Origin: Myxococcales bacterium
Lineage (GTDB): Bacteria > Myxococcota_A > UBA9042 > JABWCM01 > BTVJ01
Direction: 5' to 3'
Length of the DNA: 50,380 bases
Assembly: GCA_045863395.1 (NCBI GenBank)
Contig: BTVJ01000051.1
Span: forward strand, 1-50,380
Part shown: positions 38,901 to 47,622 of the stretch, one piece after another
Layout of the letters: every line of letters starts with the position of its first letter
Position numbering within the stretch: position 1 is the first letter of the stretch
Notes under the pieces: generated by a model
What the model was told of the DNA's origin: nothing
The model's database searches: none
Seen by the model: only the letters and a program-made list of their open reading frames with translations
Program-made: the position numbers and the translations under genes

Positions 38901-40154
38901 CCCAAGCCCTGCGACGACGGCGACTCCTGCACCGAGGACACGTGCGGGCCTGGCGGGGTCTGCCAGCACGCCGCGTCCCCCAAGTGTGGCGACTGCACGA
39001 GCGCGGCCCAGTGCAGCGACGGGGACGTCTGCACCACGGACGTGTGCGCGAGCGGCAAGTGCGCCTTCCCGCCCGTCGTGTGCGATGACGGCGACGAGTG
39101 TACGGTGGACTCCTGCATGCCCGGCTCTGGCTGCACCTACCTGCCGGCGACGGGCTGCCTCCCCTGCGTCTCGGCGTCGACCTGCGACGACGGCAACCCG
39201 TGCACCATCGACGCCTGCACCGGGGGCTACTGCGCGTTCACCCCGACCCCCTGCAACGACGGCAACCTGTGCACCCTGGACGTCTGCGACCCGTCGTCCG
39301 GGTGCAAGACCCAGGTCATCGACGGGTGCAAGCTGTGCAGCACGGCCGCAGACTGCGACGACCTCACGCTCTGCACCACCGACCTCTGCGTGGGGGGCGT
39401 CTGCAGCAACCCCATCGTGAGCTGTGACGACGGGGACCCGTGCACCTACGACATCTGCGGGGGCGACGGCGTATGCACCTTCCTGGTCGTTCCGAACTGC
39501 GTGCTCTGCGACTCGGCGGCAGACTGCGGCGACGGCAACGCCTGCACGACCGACGTGTGCTTCCAGGGCATCTGCATCCACGACACGGTCTTCTGCGTGG
39601 CCGACAACGGCTGCTTCCTGCCGTCGTGCAACCCGGCGCAGGGCTGCGTCCAGGTACCCATCGACTGCGGCGACGGCGACCCGTGCACGGCGGACACGTG
39701 CAACCCCGCGACCATCCAGTGCGCCCACGCGCCGAAGCCGGGCTGCACCGGGTGCGCGACGGCGGCGGACTGCCAGGACGGCAACTACTGCACGGCGGAC
39801 ACGTGCTCCGCGGGGAGCTGCGCCCACACGCCGATCACGTGCGGCGCCTCGCCGAGCCCGTGCAGCACCCTGATGTGCGACCCGACCATGGGCTGCATCC
39901 AGACGACGAAGTGCGACGACAGCAACCTCTGCACCCTGGATAGTTGCGACCCGATCACCGGGGCCTGCACGTTCACGCCGGTCTCCTGCGGCGGCGACCC
40001 CATCTGCTTCCCCGGCGTGTGCAGCCCCGCGACCGGCTGCACCTACACGCCGAAGTGCGACGACGGCGTCAAGTGCACCAACGACGTCTGCGACTCGGAG
40101 ACCGGGGCCTGCACCTACGAGGAGGTCCCGAACTGCGACGGCGGGACCGATTAG
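35967..40154 (+). CDS. secreted lipoprotein (1395 aa) built from ~45 myxobacterial-type Cys-rich repeats
   Basis: Start ATG 35967. Lipobox (LVLSAGACVDVG). An acidic G/D/T/S-rich linker is followed by continuous repeats (CDDGDACTADDCLPDGTCAHEAKLCDDGNACT…) of the same family as CDS 4310..6961, but with no lectin domain. Confidence 0.75.
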   Translation: MTSTTDVLPHGYSIRKRVGTTISTLQISPAALRLLLLALVLSAGACVDVGTPGPLGGVDGGTTDGDSGGESPDVADTGTTHEDGAAEGDGASPDGLGADSGGDTAVDVTEGDSIDAVTDTTDGGGDSADADGQDTLADAGGDSGGDTGGDVSEDSGTDSGDTGGDSGEDTGGDASADVGADTGGDTGGDTGGDTGEDVATGCQGTSDCDDGDACTADDCLPDGTCAHEAKLCDDGNACTVSVCNPMSGNCSSAPVSCEDGDPCTLDVCFAGIGCTAVPAPCDDGDACTEDVCTAGAGCTSAPLDCDDGDACTVDSCAPVGGCANVAKPCGGTLCNPSTCDPAVGECTSAPLDCDDGLACTADSCDPVAGCINAPLPCASNDPCVTGACEEPAGCVFVEASCGDGGACVAMACDPAKGCVSAPLDCGDGDPCTWDACTPGVGCDYVPNPDCKGCVSAAECSDGDPCTTDACNDGQCGHSSLVCDDGDACTADACKPGVGCTAVAIPCDDGDACTADSCDPATGICQHTESPCDDGDACTEDGCNALTGTCSHGAVACFDGSPCTTDACAGGACVFTPVPCEDGNVCTTDSCHPSIGCIHAPSGCDDGNACTADSCDPPTGCKHAAVTCNDGDACTVDSCLPGAGCAFAPKDCDDGDACTEDGCAAGACTHAPSAQCDDGSVCTLDVCDALAGCTWSPIPCPSVGCATQICDPVDGCVAAPSLCDDGDACTQDACVGSTCQHTATTCNDGDVCTDDLCDPKTGACVQVPVFCDSSDPCMTGSCLGPTTGCVEAPKLCPGADFCNDAVCIGGACTLVPTSCDDGDPCTADACGATGCTHAPIAGCGTCQTAADCTVLGPCLQAVCAAAPVGCTYTQVPCPDAGPCVESICDPGSGSCGYQAGGCDDDDPCTTDLCAPDGSCTHAPKSCSDLDPCSLDFCDTDGSCKHVAGANCHDCTSAAQCDDQDPCTDNLCTGGQCTFAPKPCDDGDSCTEDTCGPGGVCQHAASPKCGDCTSAAQCSDGDVCTTDVCASGKCAFPPVVCDDGDECTVDSCMPGSGCTYLPATGCLPCVSASTCDDGNPCTIDACTGGYCAFTPTPCNDGNLCTLDVCDPSSGCKTQVIDGCKLCSTAADCDDLTLCTTDLCVGGVCSNPIVSCDDGDPCTYDICGGDGVCTFLVVPNCVLCDSAADCGDGNACTTDVCFQGICIHDTVFCVADNGCFLPSCNPAQGCVQVPIDCGDGDPCTADTCNPATIQCAHAPKPGCTGCATAADCQDGNYCTADTCSAGSCAHTPITCGASPSPCSTLMCDPTMGCIQTTKCDDSNLCTLDSCDPITGACTFTPVSCGGDPICFPGVCSPATGCTYTPKCDDGVKCTNDVCDSETGACTYEEVPNCDGGTD
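36585..40110. repeat. intragenic tandem repeat array encoding Cys-rich ~27-aa repeats (coding, within CDS 35967..40154)
   Basis: The motif C-x-D-G-[DN]-x-C-T-x-D-x-C recurs throughout. It is related at protein level, and partly at DNA level, to the 4700..6390 array on the opposite strand. Confidence 0.7.
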
Positions 40155-40159
40155 GGACG

Positions 40160-40190
40160 GCGCGCCGGGCGGATGGGGGACCGCCCCTTG
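40160..40190. terminator. possible GC-rich stem-loop between convergent genes (35967..40154 + and 40263..42967 -)
   Basis: GGGCGG…atgggggac…CCGCCC is an inverted repeat right after the stop at 40154. No U-tract follows, as is common in high-GC genomes. Confidence 0.25.
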
Positions 40191-40262
40191 GAGCGGGGTG
40201 AGTGACGTGCCAGCAGCGGTGAGACTCGTCGGCAGGGGGGCCGGTGGGGGCAGTGGGCAGGG

Positions 40263-42967
<2,705 letters not shown>

Positions 42968-43451
42968 TCGCCCGTCCCTCCTGGCGGCCCAGGCCGGCGA
43001 CGTGCGCGCCGCCAGGGCGGCGAAGCGCCGGAGCCACCGCGTCCGCAGGCGGTCCACCTGCGGCGACCGGCCGCTGAGCCCCAGCATCACGCGCGGGTCC
43101 TGCGGGCTCCGCGGCTCCCTCATCATCGTCTCGTGCGTCATCATCTCGACCATGGCCCTTCCTCCGTTGGCTGCGGGTTACACACGCAGTGGGGCTACGG
43201 CAAGCGGCGTGCCAGGGACGTTCGCAGAGGCATATCGTTGTAGATTCGGACCATTGCGATTCTGCGCCCGATTCGAGCACGAAGCATCGCAGGAGGAGGG
43301 ATGGCTTCAATTCGCTGTAGTTCCGCAATGTTGTTCCGACATGCTGGAGCCTTCCGACCCCAGGCCACACAGAAACGGCTCGGTTACAACCACACATGGG
43401 GCACGCCGACCCCACTTGCAGGGCGCTCCGGCCTCTGCCAAGGTGCGCGCC

Positions 43452-44102
43452 ATGCGCATCTTCATGCTGCACAAGCCACGCGGCTGCATCACGGCCCGGG
43501 CGGACTTCGCCGGGCGGCCGACCGTCTATGACCACGTGCCGCCGCACTTCCCCCGCCTGCCGCACGTGGGGCGCCTCGACTTCAACACGGAGGGGCTCCT
43601 GCTGTTCACCGACGACGGGCGGCTGGCCCAGGCCCTGGGGAACCCCGGGTTCGCGGGGGTTGCAGAGGAGGTGCCGCCCATCGAGAAGGTCTACCACCTG
43701 AAGGTGCGCGGCGTGCTGGCACCCGACGACGGCCGCATCGGGCTCCTGGGCGAGCCCCTGCGCTTCAACACCGGCCACGTCACGCGACCGGCGCGGGTCC
43801 GTTGGCTCGAGCACCGGTCGCGGGCCACCTGGATCGAGGTCGTGCTTCGGGAGGGGCGCAACCGGCAGATCCGCAGGCTCTGCGACCGAAGCGACCTGCA
43901 GGTGGTCAAGCTGCGCCGGGTGGCCATCGGCCCTGTGGGGTTGGGCGACCTTCCCGCGCGCTGGTGCCGCCAGTTGACCGCCGAGGAGGTCGCCGCCCTC
44001 TACGCCGCCGCAATGCCGGACGACGCTCCGCCGCCCCACGAGCCCTTCGACGACAGCCCGGAGGCCCTGGCGCGGGCGCGCTCTCTCCTGATTGGGACCT
44101 GA
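43452..44102 (+). CDS. RluE/RsuA-family rRNA pseudouridine synthase (no S4 domain)
   Basis: Catalytic motif HVGRLDFNTEGLLLFTDDG. Conserved (KVYHLKVRG…RNRQIRRL). The size (~216 aa) and absence of an S4 domain resemble RluE. An alternative GTG start lies a few codons upstream. Confidence 0.75.
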   Translation: MRIFMLHKPRGCITARADFAGRPTVYDHVPPHFPRLPHVGRLDFNTEGLLLFTDDGRLAQALGNPGFAGVAEEVPPIEKVYHLKVRGVLAPDDGRIGLLGEPLRFNTGHVTRPARVRWLEHRSRATWIEVVLREGRNRQIRRLCDRSDLQVVKLRRVAIGPVGLGDLPARWCRQLTAEEVAALYAAAMPDDAPPPHEPFDDSPEALARARSLLIGT

Positions 44103-44218
44103 CTGGGGAGGCCGCAGGCCGCACGGGGGCGTCCCTGGCGGTGGGTGTGATATCGTGCCAGGTGTGAGAGCCCCCTTCGTGGCGACCGCCCGCGCCGGGC
44201 GTTCCGGGGCCCCGTGAC

Positions 44219-44686
44219 ATGGCCAATGACTACGTGGAGCTGCTCGCCGCGCTGGATGGGATCGCGCAGGACCCGCGCCACCATCCCGAGGGGGACGCCC
44301 TCTTCCACTCCCTGCAGGTCTTCGCTCACGCGCGGTCAGAGACGCGGGACTCCGAGCTCGTGACCGCGGCGCTCCTGCACGACTGCGGCAAAGCGATCCG
44401 CAGCCGAGACCACGACAGGCTTGGCGCAGAGCTCCTGGACGGCCTCGTGTCGCCGCGGGTCGTGTGGCTCGTGCGGCATCACCTGGACCTGCTGCGCGAG
44501 CCGGCGCGGACGCGGCGGCGCCTCCGAGGCACGCCGGAGCTCCGCGATCTGGAGCTGCTGAGGTCATGGGACCTGCGGGGCCGGTCTCCCTGGGCGTCGG
44601 TCTGCTCCATCGAGGAGGCCGCGACGTTCACTTCACTCCCACCGCCCCCCGGTGCGCTCACCGGCCCCTATGACCCCACGCGATGA
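44219..44686 (+). CDS. HD-domain phosphohydrolase-like protein (155 aa)
   Basis: HD motifs (DPRHHPEGDALFHSLQV … LVTAALLHDCGKAI … VRHHLDLL) resemble the HD domain of CCA-adding-enzyme-type proteins. The stop overlaps the next start (ATGA at 44683-44686). Confidence 0.6.
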   Translation: MANDYVELLAALDGIAQDPRHHPEGDALFHSLQVFAHARSETRDSELVTAALLHDCGKAIRSRDHDRLGAELLDGLVSPRVVWLVRHHLDLLREPARTRRRLRGTPELRDLELLRSWDLRGRSPWASVCSIEEAATFTSLPPPPGALTGPYDPTR

Positions 44687-45023
44687 ACCCGGCCGCGACA
44701 ACCGGCTCTGCTTCTGGCCCGATCTCGACCGTCTGACCAGCGACCGTTCCCTGTGGAGCGACGAGGCCCCGCTCAGCGAGGCGCTCCAGCGCGCCCAGGA
44801 CCAGCTCCGGTGCGCGCTTGCCCGGCTGACGCCCAGCCAGCGGGAGGCGGTCGAACTCTTCTACTTCGACGGCCTCTCGGAGGGGCAGATAGGACACCGC
44901 CTCGGCGTGAGCCAACAGACCATCCACCGCCGCATCCACGGCGCCCCGCGCGGCGGGCGGGTGGTGGGGGGGGCGCTGGCGCGGCTCCGGGCCCTCCTCG
45001 GGGAGTGGCGTGGGCGCCCGTGA
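44670..45023 (+). CDS. small sigma-70 region-4-like HTH protein (117 aa)
   Basis: LTPSQREAVELFYFDGLSEGQIGHRLGVSQQTIHRRI matches the region-4 HTH of ECF sigma factors but region 2 is absent. An alternative GTG start lies at 44652. The stop overlaps the next gene start (TGATG at 45021-45025). Confidence 0.45.
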   Translation: MTPRDEPGRDNRLCFWPDLDRLTSDRSLWSDEAPLSEALQRAQDQLRCALARLTPSQREAVELFYFDGLSEGQIGHRLGVSQQTIHRRIHGAPRGGRVVGGALARLRALLGEWRGRP

Positions 45024-45790
45024 TGCGCGCTGACCAGCGCAGGACCTCCATCGCCCGGGAGGCCGCCCGGCTCATGCTGGAGGAGGGCGTGCGGCAGTAC
45101 TTCGACGCGAAGCGCATCGCGGCGCGGCGCCTGCCCGGACAGCGCCGGCAGCGCCGGGACCGGGCCGGGGACCTGCCGTCGAACGGCGAGATCCGGGACG
45201 CGCTCCTCGAGCTGGTCGAGCTGACCGAGGGGTCGAGCCGCGGGCGGCGGCTCTTCGCCATGAGGGTGACCGCCTGGCAGACGATGGGGGCGCTGCTCCC
45301 GTTCCGGCCCCGCTTGATCGGGTCGGTGGCGACCGGGCACGTCCGGCGCGGCAGCGACATCGATCTACACGTCTTCACGGAGTCGGAGCAGACCCTCGAA
45401 GGCTTCCTCTGGAATCTCGGCTGGACCTTCGAGACGAGCCGCGTGAGCGTGCGAAAGGGGGGAGTGATCCGCGAGTTCACGCACGTCCACGTCGATCGGG
45501 GCTTCCCCGTGGAGCTCTCGGTGTACCCGCCCGAGGAGCTGCGCGTCCGCGGCCGCAGCAGCACGGACGGCCGCCCCATCGAGCGGCTGTCGAGGGCGGC
45601 CGTCGAGCGGCTGCTGGTGCGAGACCACCCGACCGAGTGGGCGGCCTGGTGCGGAGGCGCCCCCGGCGACCTGTCAGAGACCGACCTGCCCGACACGTCC
45701 GCGGTGGAGGACCTGCTCGCGCTCGGCGACCCGGACGCTCCGGAAGGGGACGCCGCAGGGCTCTCCGGGCGAGGGGGGCGCCTCATCTGA
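45023..45790 (+). CDS. Pol-beta-superfamily nucleotidyltransferase (minimal NTase, 255 aa)
   Basis: NTase signature GSVATGHVRRGSDIDLHVF (GS-x10-DxD). A candidate third acidic residue lies in THVHVDRGF. A basic N-terminal region precedes the core. Confidence 0.6.
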   Translation: MRADQRRTSIAREAARLMLEEGVRQYFDAKRIAARRLPGQRRQRRDRAGDLPSNGEIRDALLELVELTEGSSRGRRLFAMRVTAWQTMGALLPFRPRLIGSVATGHVRRGSDIDLHVFTESEQTLEGFLWNLGWTFETSRVSVRKGGVIREFTHVHVDRGFPVELSVYPPEELRVRGRSSTDGRPIERLSRAAVERLLVRDHPTEWAAWCGGAPGDLSETDLPDTSAVEDLLALGDPDAPEGDAAGLSGRGGRLI

Positions 45791-45815
45791 GCGCCCGGCG
45801 CCGAGCCACGGGACG

Positions 45816-46396
45816 TCAGGGGGGCGGGCCCTCGGGCGGGAGGTCCTCGTAGACGGGATCCACGGGCAGCTCGATGGAGAGCGCAGAGAGGGGGATCGCC
45901 TGTCCGGCGCCGTGCTCGGTGAGCCGCCACGACCCGTCGGCCAGGAGCTCGTAGTGCTCGATGCGGGCCACATCCTGGCTGACGAGGAGGTAGTGGCGGA
46001 GCGACGGGATGCGCCGGTAGTGGGCAAACCTTCCGCCCCGGTCCCAGGCCTCCGTGTCCGGGGACAGCACCTCGACCAGAAGCGTGGGGTTTGTGACCGC
46101 GTGCCCGTCCTCGGGATCGAGCTGCGGTCGCCCGCACACAACGCTCAGGTCGGGGTAGGTGGCGAGCCCCGTCGCGAGGACGCGCACCTTCAGGTCCGAG
46201 TCGTACGGCCGGCTGGGCGTGTCCCGCAGAGCGCCGCGAAACAGCGCGGTGAGGTTCGTCTTGATCGCGGAGTGCCGGACGCTGCCTCCCGCCATGGCCC
46301 AGGCCGTGCCGCTTGCGAACTCGTGCCGCACCCCGGTGGTGCGCTCGAGCGCGAGGTACTCTGCGTAGCTGATCCCCTTCGTGGCCGGTGCACGCA
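45816..46396 (-). CDS. Uma2-family (DUF820) PD-(D/E)XK putative endonuclease
   Basis: Start MRAPATKGISYAEYLALE has a strong RBS GAGGAGGAGG. Family hallmarks are present (…EFASGTAWAMAGGSVRHSAIKTNL…DLKVRV…PDLSVVC…LLVEVLSPDTEAWDRGGRFAHYRRIPSLRHYLLVSQD…). Confidence 0.7.
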
Positions 46397-46530
46397 TGAC
46401 CTCCTCCTCTGCCGCGCGACGACGGCGTCGGGCACAGTCTACAGCATGACCCGGGAGCCAGACCACGCGCACGGCCCCCTGTAGCCTCGCGCGCCGGATG
46501 GAGCGAGCCGGTTGCCTCCTCTGCCACACC

Positions 46531-46772
46531 CGCGGAGGCATCGTCACGATACCGCGGGGGCATCGACCGGATACCGCGGGGGCATCGTCCCGATACCGCG
46601 GGGGCATCGACCGGATACCGCGGGGGCATCGACCGGATACCGCGGGGGCATCGACCGGATACCGCTGGGGCATCGACCGGATACCGAGGAGGCATCGACC
46701 GGATAGTACTGAGGTATCGACCGAATACTACGCAGGGATTGGGCGGTGACCTCGGAGGCATCCCGCGACCAC
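46531..46772. repeat. tandem direct repeat array: ~11 units of 22 bp (consensus CGCGGGGGCATCGACCGGATAC), 8 near-perfect
   Basis: Read directly from the sequence. Units begin at 46531, 46553, 46575, 46597, 46619, 46641, 46663, 46685 and 46707, then degenerate at 46729 and 46751. There are no unique spacers, so it is not CRISPR. The array lies between the Uma2 gene start and the 3' end of CDS 46842..47264. Confidence 0.9.
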
Positions 46773-46841
46773 CGCCGGGGGATGCCGTGGAACCTCCGAC
46801 GGGCTCACGGAGACACCCCGACAGGCTGGCGCGAACGGGTG

Positions 46842-47264
46842 CTACTTGTACCCGATCCAGGATCGCAGCCCGGAGAAGGCCGTCTCCAGCCCCGCGTCGC
46901 GCTTCGCTTGCGCGTTCACCTGGTCGTTGACTCTGCGGAGCTGGGACGCCGCGTCGGCGTCGAACAGCAGATTGGCCTGCTTCAGAGTCTGCAGCAGCAC
47001 CTCGAGGTCCGAGATCACCTGGTCGATGCCCTCGGCGCGGGCACCTGCCGCGCGGAGCGAGTCGGGAGTCACCCCGGCGGGCGCGGCGAACCGTCCATCG
47101 AGCTTGGACAGCGCGTCTGCGGTAGCCTCGCAAGCAGCTCCGACGCCGCGACGGGCCTTGGGGATCGCGCGCACCTGGTCCACATTCAGCGTCCCGGCCT
47201 CGGGCGGCAGGGCGAGCGCGTCGGGGATGATGATTGTGACGGTACCCTGCTTGATCTCGGGCAT
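46842..47264 (-). CDS. hypothetical protein (140 aa)
   Basis: Start MPEIKQGTVTIII has the RBS AGGAGAGG. The C-terminal half is predicted helical. No family recognised. Confidence 0.5.
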   Translation of the reverse strand: MPEIKQGTVTIIIPDALALPPEAGTLNVDQVRAIPKARRGVGAACEATADALSKLDGRFAAPAGVTPDSLRAAGARAEGIDQVISDLEVLLQTLKQANLLFDADAASQLRRVNDQVNAQAKRDAGLETAFSGLRSWIGYK

Positions 47265-47622
47265 GTGCCTCTCCTGGTGGTGAACGCGGCCATACTGGGC
47301 AGCGACGAACCCCGCCGCCGCCCCCCTGACCACTTGGACCTTGGCAACGCGCCGATGGGGCCACAGAGGCGGGCGCCTGTCAAGGGCGCTCGCGTGCCCG
47401 AGTCGTGGCGCTGGGTGGGGACCCGTCCCTCCGCCGCCCGGCGCCGGGATGGTTGACGGGCCGGAGCGAGGGCAGCACACTTGGCGTCGCTCGCGGCGCC
47501 AGGCGAACCAGAGGTGTGTGACGTCCATCGCCCGGTGCCTCCCCTCGACTCCGGTCGCGGCACACACGGCGCCCCGGTCGCGGGGCGCGACCGACCCCAC
47601 AATTCCGGGAGACACGCCGAAG

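Noticed and set aside
37551-39827. 758-aa minus-strand ORF antisense to the Cys-repeat lipoprotein gene (and 35928..37544)
   Set aside because: It is a shadow ORF of repeat-encoding high-GC DNA.
43301-43531. 76-aa ORF with strong SD upstream of rluE-like gene
   Set aside because: Its codon usage has AT-ending codons that are atypical for a ~70% GC genome. It also overlaps the conserved pseudouridine synthase start out of frame. It is reported only as a possible regulatory RNA or foreign patch, not as a CDS.
44753-45790. 345-aa ORF starting at 44753 that would fuse the HTH and NTase regions
   Set aside because: Its upstream part is in a different frame from the sigma-4 HTH ORF and lacks an RBS. 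The NTase most plausibly starts at ATG 45023, which overlaps the preceding stop (TGATG).
46498-46749. Two small plus-strand ORFs (83 aa and 64 aa) with periodic IPRGHRPDTAGAST peptide repeats
   Set aside because: They are generated by translating the 22-bp tandem repeat. The period is not a multiple of 3, there is no RBS, and the region is better explained as a non-coding iteron-like array.
46531-46772. Possible CRISPR array
   Set aside because: The repeats are directly abutting with no unique spacers. The 22-bp unit and the absence of cas genes argue against CRISPR.
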